A stretch of DNA of 64,000 nucleotides from an uncultured Planctomycetaceae bacterium (lineage in GTDB: Bacteria > Planctomycetota > Planctomycetia > Planctomycetales > Planctomycetaceae): the NCBI GenBank assembly GCA_963813715.1, contig CAWFAK010000008.1, forward strand, positions 602,585 to 666,584, in the 5' to 3' direction. Shown in pieces: positions 1-10,727 of the stretch. Made by a program: the position numbers and the translations under genes. How positions within the stretch are numbered: position 1 is the first letter of the stretch; each line of letters opens with the position of its first letter. The notes under the pieces were generated by a model. That model was given only the letters and a program-made list of their open reading frames with translations, did no database searches and was not told the DNA's origin.

Positions 1-26
1 CAAGCGGAGTGTCGACCGAGCTCAAG

Positions 27-511
27 CTAGCGGGCGATTTCCAGCCGGGCGATCTGACCACCAACGTCAAAGATTCGCACGAGGCTGCCCTCTCTGTCGG
101 GCCGCCGTGAGATTGCGTGTTATTGAAGCCGGCGGTGACCATGAAGTCCGCGTATTCGTAATGGTGCCCGTTCACGGTGAACTGCTCCATCACATGTCCC
201 TCCGGCGGCATTGGGACGAAATCGACCACCTTTCCTTCGACGACTTCAAAGTGACCCAATCGAATTGCTTCGCGAAGCCTCCAATAGTCCGAAAAGGTGC
301 CCAGAAAGGTTGCCAATACCCAAAGGATCGAGAAAGCGGCTCCACAATAGGCAATAGCCCGCTGCATGGGATTGAGTCCATGGGTCTTCGCGGTCGTGGA
401 TTACAGCGCCACGAAAATCGCGACTAGGATTAGGCCGAACGCAGGAAACCACCAGTTTCGGTATCCTGCCTGGCCGGCGTCAAAGACAAGTTCGTAGGTC
501 GCTGGGGTCAT
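27..511 (-). pseudogene. Membrane-anchored hypothetical protein, interrupted by an in-frame TAA (401-403) and a frameshift (~98)
   Basis: Manual translation from ATG 511: MTPATYELVFDAGQAGYRNWWFPAFGLILVAIFVAL*...VEGKVVDFVPMPPEGHVMEQFTVNGHHYEYADFMVTAGFNNTQSHGGP, then a frame change to REGSLVRIFDVGGQIARLEIAR* (TAG 27-29). Two hydrophobic segments. Absent from the ORF track. Confidence 0.6.
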
Positions 512-687
512 GGCGAGCACGCATCACGGAGGTCTAGCCGGGACATTCTAGCCAAAAAGGCGGCTCCTTCTCTCGCTCCGAAGCGGTGCTTGGGACGGAG
601 GTCAGCGCTCCGGGGCTTCCGCAAAGCGGAGCGCCCGGGCACCCCTGTCCCGTCAGACTGATCCGTCGGGCCCGCGCCGGGGGCCGA

Positions 688-2173
688 TCAGATCGCCGCG
701 ACGAGTTCTTCGCGCGGGGACTCTTGGCTGACGATTGTCGCCGGGCGGACGGGGATCGGTTCGGTTCGCACGGCGGGGCGGCGTTGGAGTAGCACGCAGG
801 TCGCCAGGAACCAGACTGTCGTGCCCAGCCCCAGCAGGCCGACTCGGCCGCTGTTGGGCAACAGGCAATAGTGCAGCCACACCAGGACGACGGGAATCCA
901 GGCCACGAACTCGGAGGCTCGCAGTCGACTCAGTTCGACCAGTCGCTGGCAGACGAACGGAATCGCCGGCAGGAACAGCACGTAATAGCAGCCGCGGGCG
1001 ACCGGGCAGACCACGAGCGTGGCGACGCAGGCCAGGCCGAAGACTGTTCCGCGTCCGACCGGGTCGTTCGCAAATCCGGCTCGCAGCACGAACCACAGCA
1101 GGATCGCCAGGGCCAGAATTCTTCCGGCGACGATCAACATGCCGGAGTCGCCAATCGTCCATTGGCAATCGCAACGACGCATCGTGCGGGTGATCGATCA
1201 GCGTGTCGTCCGGTCCGTAGTCGAGCTTGCGCGGTGAGGAAGTTGCCGAAGCGGTAGGCGGCATTGTCGAGACTTTGATTGCGAATGGAGCGGACGTCCT
1301 CGCCGAAGTCGGACGTGCGGACGTCGACCACTTTGGTCACGACTTTGGAGAACCAGGTGTGCAGATGGTGGAGATTGCCGTTCCAGCCGGTGAGCGCCGC
1401 GGGGATCAGGAAGGCGAAGAGCAAGAGGCCCACGGTGAGTCCGCCGCCCAGCACCGCGGGCCGCTGCCAGGCCTGTCTGAGAGGTTGTCCCTGTTTCCAG
1501 GCGACCCAAGCGAGCCGCGCTTCGTACAGCAACAAGCAGCCGACCGGCAGCAGCGGGGTGAGCTTGAGAATCCCGGCCAGCGCGAAGACCAGGCCCGCGA
1601 GCGCCCAATGGCGGGCTCGTGTTCCCGTGAGCGCGATGCGGAAGCCGAGCATCAAGCAGGTAGAGTTTGAAAACCTCGACCTGGCCGCGCTGCAGGCAAT
1701 TGAAGGCGGGCAAGATCGCGGCAGCGATGGCGGCCGTGCACAGGCACATGTTGAGCTGGGCGGGATCCTTCGCCGTGCTGGGCCGTGTGAGTCAGCACAA
1801 AGGCGAGGATTCGCCTCAGCTCGAAGTAGCAGCCAAACACCATGCCGACGCTGAGCACGAACCAGACGCCGACCTGCCCCATCGGCGGCAGGACGTGCAG
1901 CGGCGCGACCAGGATGGCGAACATCGGCGGATAGAGATACCGCCAGCCGCGCGGATTGCTCACCTGGTAGGGGTCGCGTCCGTCGAAGAACGCGGCCCCC
2001 GCTTCGGTGTAGACGGTGAAGTCGGTCCGGTGCTCGTTGATTCGCTGGTGATTCACCATGCCCCGCGGCACGACGTCCAGCCAGCCCCAAATCGCAAAGG
2101 CAATCAACAGGCCCAGGTAAATCCAACGATAGCGGAAGACTTCCTCCGCAGGACGAAATCGCGGCATCGTCAC
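688..2173 (-). CDS. GT87/DUF2029-like GT-C membrane glycosyltransferase (about 3 frameshifts)
   Basis: Motifs TDFTVY..AG, YLYPPMFA, QRGQV, GILKLTP, NQSL and SPVARGCYY-like, spread over ORFs 1652-2173, 1198-1749, 1134-2126 and 688-1182; polytopic. Confidence 0.75.
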
Positions 2174-2199
2174 GGAGTTCCTTGGTCAGCGCTTCTCGG

Positions 2200-3183
2200 T
2201 CAGTCGTGCAGTGTTTCCATCGGCCGGGGCGCGTTCGCCTGGACGGCGGCGTCGGTCGCCAGCTCGAGGTCGGCCCGGGCCACCGGATGGTCGGAGGCGG
2301 GGTTGGCGATCCACTCGGCCCGCACCGTCCGCAGTCCGCGAGTGAAGATCCAGTCGATCGGATTCTTCTTCACGGTGGGGCCGGGAATGTCGGCCAGCGC
2401 GTTGTGCACGCCGGGCGTGTGCATCAAGCGGACCATTTCGGGGTGCGTGCTGAACTCGTTGAGGTCGCCCAGGAGAATGGCCGGCTCGTTCAGCGAGAGG
2501 AACAGGTCGAACGCCGTCCGCAGCTGGATATCGTGCGTGTCCCCCTCGGTGTCCTTGTCGATGTGCACCGTCAACACGTGCACGGTCCGTCCCCAGTGGG
2601 TGAAGTTGGTCAGCAAGGCGGCCCGGAATCGCTGGCGGCTGGGAGTGGGGAGCGGAATACGGACGTAATCGCTGAGCGGCAAACGCGTGAGCAGGGCGTT
2701 GCCGTAGTGGTCGTGCCACCAGCGGCGTTCGGCGGGCACGAAGATCCAACCCATCTGGAGCCGCTCGGCGACGTCGGCGACCTGCGGGCCAGTGAATTCA
2801 AACGGCGGATTGCGGACCTCCTGCAAGGCGGCCAGGTCGAGATCCTTCAACGCCTCGGCCGTGCGTCCCAGGTCGCGGATGCCGTCGCGGCCGACGCCGG
2901 CGTGCGTGTTGAACGTGGCGACCCGCAGCGGAGCCGACGCCGCGAGCGGCGCCAGGCGTTCCGTTTCGTGCAGCACGAGCGGCTCGACCGGATCGGCCGG
3001 CTTCTGGATGGCTCCGTCCGCGAACAGCCCGGTACCGACGGCGACCAACGCAGCCAGAATCAGCATTTTGCGGCTGGTCAGCCGCGCCCAGGTCGACGTC
3101 GGCTTTGGAGCGGTGGCGTTCGGCTGCGGGGTGTTCGGCCGGGGAGCGTTCGGCTGTGGGGTGTTCGACTTTGCTTTGGTCAT
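2200..3183 (-). CDS. Endonuclease/exonuclease/phosphatase (EEP) family protein with N-terminal membrane anchor
   Basis: ATFN, LQEV, GNALL, GDLN, IDWIF and SDH motifs. Confidence 0.9.
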   Translation of the reverse strand: MTKAKSNTPQPNAPRPNTPQPNATAPKPTSTWARLTSRKMLILAALVAVGTGLFADGAIQKPADPVEPLVLHETERLAPLAASAPLRVATFNTHAGVGRDGIRDLGRTAEALKDLDLAALQEVRNPPFEFTGPQVADVAERLQMGWIFVPAERRWWHDHYGNALLTRLPLSDYVRIPLPTPSRQRFRAALLTNFTHWGRTVHVLTVHIDKDTEGDTHDIQLRTAFDLFLSLNEPAILLGDLNEFSTHPEMVRLMHTPGVHNALADIPGPTVKKNPIDWIFTRGLRTVRAEWIANPASDHPVARADLELATDAAVQANAPRPMETLHD

Positions 3184-5161
3184 CGCGTGGTCCTTTCGTC
3201 GCTCTCGTGATAGCCGACGGGCGTGACGAATTGTTTGGGGAATGGGCCGGGCTCGCCGAGGATGACGTCGTCCTCGTAGGGAACCAGCGGGCCCGGACGT
3301 CGGTGCATGGCCTGCAGCGGCGAGATGCGGAGGTAGTGGACGGCGACCCGTTTGACGTCCTTGCGGAACTTCAGGCGATAGAGCGTGAGCTGGCCGGCGT
3401 GGGGCACGCCCCGATCGATCGACGGGCTTTGGTCGAGCTTTTCGACCGTTCCCCAGTGCTTGAGGTGCTCCTGCTCGAACGACAGGCTGATCAACAGGAT
3501 TTCGGAAGCGTGGATTTCGGCCGCGTCCAGAAATGACAGATCGTGGAGCAGAGTTGCCGAGTCACGCTGGTAGAAGAGTCCCAGCATGCCGTGAAACGGA
3601 TGTGTTCCCATGTCGACGAAGACGGGCAGCTGTTCGTGGTCCGCCCGCACGCGGACGGCCTTTAGGAATTTGACGTCGTCGCGATAGCGGTCGAGATATT
3701 CGGCGCTGTACAGGTGGCTGCCGCAGTAGGCGATCGCCAGTACGGTAAACACGGCCGCGCCGGCCCGACGCGGGTTCGGATTGAGCGCGCCCCACGTGAT
3801 CAGATAGGCGGCCACTGGCGCCGCCACCATCAGGGCGTAAGGCAACCACACGGGGCCCGGAATCTGCTTGTGGAAGATGACCAGCGCGACGATCGCCGGC
3901 AGGGCGACCGTCACCAGGCTCAGGCTGGGGCTCCGCAACAGTCGCGGCCAGGTCGGGACGACCTCGCGTAGCTTTCGTGCTCCCAGAATGCCGAAGATGG
4001 CCCAGGGCGAAAGTGCGTGCAGCAGGTAATGATGGTGTTTGCCGCCGGGGATCGAAAAGACGATCGGCACGACGAAGGCCCAGCACCAGAGAAACCGCTC
4101 GGGCGACGTCGGCTCATTCCAGCAGCGCTTCCAGGTGGCCCACAGACCGAAGGGGACGAGCACCGTCCACGGGGCACACATCCACAGCATGTTCACCGGG
4201 TAGTACCAGAGGGGAGCGTTGGTGACCGTGTAGTTCCCGCTTACCCGCCCGCCCAGGTCGAAGAACCAGAGGTCGGTCACGTCGGGATAGCGGGCGTAAA
4301 TGGCCGCAGGCCAGGCGAACATCACGACGGTGTAGGCGAAGCGCCCCAAACCCAAACGTATTTGGCGATCCGGCGGAAGTCGCGCGTCCCCAGCAAAAAG
4401 ACGGCGATCGGCGCACCGGCCATCACGGCACCGAACAGAAGTCCCTTGACCAGATTCGTCACGCCCAGGACGACGAAGAATGCCAGCAACCACAGCGAGC
4501 GTTTGCCGAACAGTACACGGAAGAAGCCCAGGCGCGACAGGGGCGGCTCGGCCTTGCTGCTCCAGCCAATGTTCGGCAGACCGAACTCGTTCTTGACGAA
4601 GAGCGCCATCACCACGGCCATGATGCCGCAGAGGTGAATCTCGTCTTCGGAGCTCCAGGCGTAGCGGGTAAACTCGAGGGTGGTAGCCATTGCCAGTCCG
4701 GACAGCACGCCGATGCCTCGGCCAAACCACAGTGCGGCCACCCAGGCGACGCAGAGCACGGTGAGGATCGAATAGAGCGTCGGGCCGATTCGCACGATGG
4801 CTTCGGTGTCGCAGCGGCCGAAGAGCGAAGCGATCGCCACGGTCGACCATTGCGGCAGGGGCGGATTCTCCAGCCACGGGGCGGGCGGCATCGTCGCTTC
4901 GCCGGCGCTCGGACGCTTGGCGTCGATCTTGGGAACGACGAAATCGTGATCGGCGAACATCGACCGGGCCGTCTGCGGCAGCACCGCTTCGTGCAAAGAG
5001 AGCGGCCGGCCGCTGACGATGGCGATGCCAAACACGATCGCCGAGTAGACGGTGAGCAGGCATAGGTCGCCGCGCGTCAGGCGTCCGCCGGCACACATCG
5101 CGGGTCGTGCGGAGGGCGTCTCCGCGGACAGAGCGCGAGCCTCGCTGTCTGGTGCTGCCAT
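3180..5161 (-). CDS. ArnT/GT83-PMT-like GT-C glycosyltransferase (frameshift ~4345)
   Basis: HE...TARSM...DFVVP, WLENPPL, LVKG and GKHHHYLL motifs; ORFs 4322-5161 plus 3180-5096. Confidence 0.85.
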
Positions 5162-5400
5162 TTGATCGCTCCCCAGGGTTGCTCGATCAGGTCCGGCAAC
5201 CGCATCACAAGCGCGTCGAGCAGGCGGAGCGAATTACGCCCCGCATGAAGTCCAACTGCCCGAAATCGAATCGCCCAAAATCGAATCGCGGAATCCAATC
5301 GCCCAGCCGGCGCTCCGCTCCAGGCATTCGCCGGCTCGTCGGGCCGCGAAAATTAGGCCGATTCGCCATTTCCGTCAACGGCAAGTCGGTTGATCTTTGT

Positions 5401-7135
5401 TTAGAAACGCATGCCCTCGGGCACGATGCCCCGCGCGGTCACCGTGTCATCGCGACGGCCGACGATCATGATTTCGGTCGGATCGGAACTGCGGTTGCGA
5501 TCGCAGGAGATCGTCGCGACCAGCTTCCACGGAAAGCACAGGTGCACGATGTCGTTCCCTTTGACCCACATGCAGAAGTAGCCGTCGTTGCCCCACGTGT
5601 CCGGGTCCTGCGCGTCGAGCCGCAGCAGCCGCACGTTCTCGGCGTAGTGCAGCAGGAACAGGTGGTGGGCCGCTCCCAGGCTGACCAGCGATTCCCCCGG
5701 TGGCAGCTTCTGTTTGAGATCCAGGACGGCTTGCCGCGCGTCTTCGCTCGACTTCTGCCGGATGTTGACCACGACGGAGGCTTGGCTCAGCCCGAGAAAG
5801 CAGGCGACGAGGGAAAAGGTCACGGTGAGTGCGGGCGCCGTCATCCGTGCCGAAAATCGCCACACGACGGCCGCGGCCGCGACGCAGGCGACGAGATAAA
5901 CGATGGCCAGGCTCGCCGGCTGCGCCAGAACCGAATCCGCCTTCCAGAAGGAGATGCCGACGAGGACTACGCCGGCCGCGACCATGACGACGGCCAACAG
6001 TCGCTGGTACCAGCAGATGAACGCGCTCCAGCCACCGCGGTCCGATGTCCTGAGAAAGCCTTCCACGACGATTCCGACCAGGCAGGCGACGCAGGGAAAC
6101 ATGGGCATGTAGTAGCGCAAGCTGGCCTGCGGAGCCAGCCAGACCGACGGAAACGTGACGGCGAGGCAAATTGCCAGGTAGAGCGCGTCGTCTCGGAACG
6201 CCCGCAAGCGTTCCCGCACCCGCCGGCTCAGGAGCAGCACAAACCAGATCGACCAGGGGAGCAACGATCCGCCGAGCAACTCGGCCGGGTACGTCACCAT
6301 GTGCACCAACATCGACTTGAGCGACAGCTCGTAGAACCGCGGGCCGACGTCGTGAAAATAGAGCTTCACCGAATCGGCCAGCCCCATCCGCAGCGTGTAG
6401 GGGACCTGCCACACGCCGACGACGGCCAGTCCCGTGACGATGCCGGCCAGATGCGGGAGCGAAAACAGCTCGCGCCACCGCCGCGTCAGCAAGCAGTAGA
6501 TGGTCACCGAGCCGACGAAATAGAGGGGCGCCTGCGGTCCCTTGGTCAACGTCGCCAAGCCGCCCAGCGCGTAGCCCAGGCACCACTTGGTGTAGGGCGA
6601 AACGCCTTTGTTTTCGCACCATTTCCAGACGAAGAGCGAGCCCGACAGAAAGAGCATGAAGAGCGCATCGGTTTCGCCCAGCCGCCCCAGTTCCAGCACT
6701 TGTCCCAGGCTGGCGAGCGCCAGCGCCGCAGGTGAACGCGCCGAACCGCGAGAGAAAGCTCCGCGCGTATCCGTACGTGATGCTCACGATCAGCAGGATC
6801 GCGATGACGCTGGGGATCCGCAGGGCGGCCGCGTCGACCGTGCCGTGGACCGCGCCGATCAGGGCGATCAGCCAGTTTTGCAGCGGCGGACGGAAAAAGA
6901 CCGGCTCGCCTTGGATGCGGGGGACGATCCAGTCGCCGTTCTGCCAGATTTCCCAGGCGATCCGTCCACGACGCGATTCTTCGCCGCGGACCGAAAGCGC
7001 GGTGACTCGGAGACCGAAGAACGAGGCCGTCAGCAGCAGGAGCAGGCCGAACTGCCACTCGAGCCACCAGGGACGCGAGCGGGCCTCCGTGCGACTGGCT
7101 TCAGTGCCGTCTGCCGCAGTCTCCGCTTCAGCCAT
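5401..7135 (-). CDS. ArnT/GT83-PMT-like GT-C glycosyltransferase (frameshift ~6720)
   Basis: GEESRRG..WEI..GDWIVP..GEP..FRPPL, ALRIPS, ETDALF, LTKGP and RYYMP motifs; start uncertain (7135 or 7177). Confidence 0.85.
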
Positions 7136-7468
7136 TTGCCCCAAAGTGCCCGGAGCTTTTTCGCACGCCGACGCCATTGCTCCCCCGCTTCCTGCCGGTC
7201 GCGGTCCGTCACGAAGCCAACCCGTTCGCAAAAGCGGGGCAAATTAGTGCAATTCGACGAATGCGCGAAGGCGAGAAGACGAATTGACGGATCTGGGAAA
7301 CAAAGCTAAAGAATGCCCGTTTTGAGCGGGCGGTTCTCACGCCCATCCGGAAGTCCGAGCGGAGGACTTCTCTCAGGGACTTGCCGATCGAGCGAATCCC
7401 CGGATTTGTCTCGAGCACGTCGTTCGCGACTTCCTCCAATCCTCAGTTCAGCGGGTCGATCGCCACGC

Positions 7469-8287
7469 ATGCATCCATCTGCCGACATCATCAAGCTTCC
7501 CTCTCGCGGGCCCGATCACGAACTGACGCTGATCATTCCCGGATATAACGAGGAGAAGCGGCTGCCGCGGACGCTCAGCCAGGTGCAGGACTATCTGGAT
7601 CGCTGGGGCGTCGATTACCGCGTGATCGTCGTCGACGACGGGAGCCGCGACGGCACGGCGGCTGCCGCCGAAGGATTTGGGCCGCACTTTCGCGTCATTT
7701 CGCTGCCGACCAATCGAGGCAAAGGGGCCGCCGTTCGCTCGGGAGTCTCGAGCGCAACGGGCCGCGTGATCGCCTTTACCGATGCCGATCTGCCCTATTC
7801 GCTGGACAGCTTGCGGGCCGGCTTCGACCTGATCCGCGCGGGTCAGTGCGAAGTGGCCTTTGGTGCCCGCGACTTCGAGGGATCGCGCCAGCTTGTGCGT
7901 CGCCGCACGTTGCGACGGGCGGCCTCGGTCGTCTTCAGTCAGATCGTCCGCTTCCTGGTCTCCCGGGACGTCACCGATACGCAGGCGGGCCTCAAGCTGT
8001 TTAGCGCTCACGCCGGCCAGGCAATCTTTTCGCGGACCGTGATCGACGGCTTCGCGTTTGATGCCGAAGTCGTCTTCCTCACGCATCACCTGGGCCTGAC
8101 GTATCGACGGATTCCGGTCGACCTGATCAACGAAGAGACCTCCAGCCTCTCGGTCTGGCGGCACACGCTGCCGATGTTGCGCGAAGTGTTTCAAATCCGG
8201 CTGCGGGCGCTCCGCGGAGCATACGAGGCCGCCGCGCCGGTGGCGGCTCGCGACTTCGACGACTCGCGCAAACGTCGGGCGGCATGA
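7469..8287 (+). CDS. GT2 polyprenyl/dolichyl-phosphate sugar synthase
   Basis: IIPGYNEE, VDDGSRDGT, NRGKGAAV, FTDAD, DTQAGLK and FAFDAEV motifs. Confidence 0.9.
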   Translation: MHPSADIIKLPSRGPDHELTLIIPGYNEEKRLPRTLSQVQDYLDRWGVDYRVIVVDDGSRDGTAAAAEGFGPHFRVISLPTNRGKGAAVRSGVSSATGRVIAFTDADLPYSLDSLRAGFDLIRAGQCEVAFGARDFEGSRQLVRRRTLRRAASVVFSQIVRFLVSRDVTDTQAGLKLFSAHAGQAIFSRTVIDGFAFDAEVVFLTHHLGLTYRRIPVDLINEETSSLSVWRHTLPMLREVFQIRLRALRGAYEAAAPVAARDFDDSRKRRAA

Positions 8288-8329
8288 CGATCTCGCTCCC
8301 CACGGTGGGATCGACCTGAGGCACATCTT

Positions 8330-9628
8330 TTGGCTCGCGACCTGTCACTTTCCTCTCCCGGCTACCTCACGCGGACCGCTCCTTGGGCGGATCGCGCCGC
8401 TTGGACGGCCTGGGCGGCGCTGTTCGCGACGATCAGCATTCTGATTCTGGCGGGCAGCGATCACAGCGTCGTGTCCGCATACCGGGACGCGACCCGACAA
8501 TGGTTCGCCGGCGGCGACATCTACACCGACACGGGGCACGGCTTTCTCTATCTGCCGATTGCCGCCATCCTGTTCGCGCCGTTCGCCTGGCTGCCGACGG
8601 CCGCCTCGGAAATTGGCTGGCGGTTCGTCGCAATCGGCGGCTTCGCAGTCGGCATCTATCGACTGTGCCGGCTGGCTGAAGGGGGCCGCTCGGACACGAA
8701 GTTCGCCCTCTTGACGCTGGCTTCGTTGCCGCCGGCCTTAGCTTGTGCTCGCAACGGGCAATCGACCCTCGTCATGTCCGGCCTGATGATGCTGGCGTGC
8801 GTCGATCTGGCCGAAGAACGCCGTGGTTGGGCCGCCCTGTGGGCGACGCTGGCCGTCGCGCTCAAGCCGCTGGCGATCGTCCTGCTGCTGTTGGCACCGT
8901 TCCTGGATCGCCGTCTGGCGTGGCGGGTTGCCGTCGGACTGGCCGTCATTCTCTGCGTGCCGTTTCTGGCCGGTCGCCCCGCGTACGTGATGGATCAGTA
9001 TTGGAAGTGCACACAAATGTTCCGCGCATCGTCCTACTGCGGAATCATCGAGCTCTGGGCACAGCCGTTCTGCGTGCTGGGTCTGCTCGGAGTCAAATTG
9101 TCGGAATCGACGCAGACGGTGATCCGCGTCGTCGCGGCCGGCGGTGCGATCGGACTGTGCCTCGTCGCCCGCTTCCGCTCGACTCCCGCGCGAGCCGCGG
9201 AATATCTGCTGGCGATCTCCGCGCTTTACATTCTGCTGTTCAATCCGCGGACGGAAAACAATACGTATGCGATGCTGGGACCGGTGATCGGCCTGCCGTT
9301 GCTCGCGGCTCTTGCGGCAAACCGCCCGAGCCGCGCGGAGGTGACCTTTCTCTCGGTGCTCTTAGCAGGGATGGCGCTCGGGGACGCGCTGGTTCGCCCT
9401 CTCGCAGGCGACGGCGAGCACATTTGGTTGACCCCCTCGTTGGCCGTCGTCTTTTCGCTCTATCTGATGCATCGCCTGTTTTTCCGCGAGCCGGGCCGGG
9501 CCACGGCGCGGCGGGAAACCAACCAATCCGCGGCGGCACGACGTCTTGCGCGGTCCGCACGCGCCGATGATCGGGTCGACGTCAGGAGTTCGGTGACACT
9601 TTGGGTACGACGTTCGACCGCTACCTGA
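8330..9628 (+). CDS. GT87/DUF2029-like GT-C membrane glycosyltransferase
   Basis: GFLYLP..ILFAPF, RNGQST, LKP and FNPRTENNTY motifs; many TM segments. Confidence 0.8.
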   Translation: MARDLSLSSPGYLTRTAPWADRAAWTAWAALFATISILILAGSDHSVVSAYRDATRQWFAGGDIYTDTGHGFLYLPIAAILFAPFAWLPTAASEIGWRFVAIGGFAVGIYRLCRLAEGGRSDTKFALLTLASLPPALACARNGQSTLVMSGLMMLACVDLAEERRGWAALWATLAVALKPLAIVLLLLAPFLDRRLAWRVAVGLAVILCVPFLAGRPAYVMDQYWKCTQMFRASSYCGIIELWAQPFCVLGLLGVKLSESTQTVIRVVAAGGAIGLCLVARFRSTPARAAEYLLAISALYILLFNPRTENNTYAMLGPVIGLPLLAALAANRPSRAEVTFLSVLLAGMALGDALVRPLAGDGEHIWLTPSLAVVFSLYLMHRLFFREPGRATARRETNQSAAARRLARSARADDRVDVRSSVTLWVRRSTAT

Positions 9629-10720
9629 TCGCCCGCTATCTGCAGATCTTCGTGATCCTGTACCTGAGCGTGTTCGGCCTGTTCGTCGTCATCGACGGCT
9701 TCTCGAACCTCGACGAATTTCAGGATCACGCCAAGAACGCGGTCGAGCTGTTGATGCTGATGGGGGGCTACTACGCGAACCAGTCGACCCTGTTCCTGGA
9801 TATGTGCGGACCGACTCTCACCGTCGTCGACGCGATGGTGGTGTTCGCACTACTCATGCGCAACTCCGAGCTGCATCCGATCCTGGCGGCCGGCGTTCCC
9901 GCGTGGCGGCTGCTGGTGCCGATCACGCTCAGCACGGCCCTCGTCAACGGGTTCATGTGCGTTAATCAGGAGTTGATCATTCCGCGGTTGGCCGGCGTGC
10001 TGGCTCCCGGGCGCGACTCGCTCTTCAAGGGGGCCATCGAAATCGAGCCGCTGACGGACCCGTCGAGCGGGGTCTACATCGACGGCCAGGAGCTGTCGCT
10101 CAATCCCCAGATGATCAAGAACGCGGAATTTGTGCTTCCGGCGCCCGAAATCGCCCAAGCGCCGACCAGTATCAAGGCGGGCGAAGCGGTTTACCTGGGC
10201 GCGACGGAAAGTCGGCCCGCGGGCTGGTTACTCCGCAATGTCGACAAGCCCTTCGCGAAGCTGGCCCTCACCACCGAGGGAGCGCAGAAAGTTCACGCGC
10301 TTGGAGGGGCACCCGAAGGAAATCTTCATCGTCAGCGATTTGCCGTTCGACCAGCTCTTCAATCGCCTGCAAAGCTCGAAGCTGCTGTCGACGTCGGAGT
10401 TAATTTATCGGCTCCGCAGCCCGGCGTTCGGGCAGGCGACCGCGCGATTGGCCCAGACGCTGCACGCCCGGCTGGTGCGGCCGCTCGCGAATTTGCTGGC
10501 GATGCTCGTTTCGATCCCACTGATTTTGCGGAAGGAGAGCCGCGGCTTGATCGCCAACATGGCGATCGCCTCGGGAGTGTTGGGCACGCTCTTTGGTCTG
10601 TCGGAGGCGTCGGCCTTCTGCGGACAATCGGGCATGATGTGGCCCGAACTGGCCGCCTGGGTCCCGGTGATCGTCACCGGAATGCTCTTCGCCTGGCTCA
10701 CGCCTTACATGCAGACGTAG
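9601..10720 (+). CDS. lptG: LptF/LptG family LPS export permease, LptG-like (frameshift ~10308)
   Basis: TTFDRYL start, RNSELHPILAAGV, C-terminal PELAAWVP; ORFs 9601 and 10130-10720; AGGAG upstream. Confidence 0.75.
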
Positions 10721-10727
10721 GCCGCGC

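Noticed and set aside
3105..3170. 15-nt tandem repeats in the EEP gene 5' end
   Set aside because: Encodes a low-complexity PN(T/A)P(Q/R) linker; not a CRISPR or mobile repeat.
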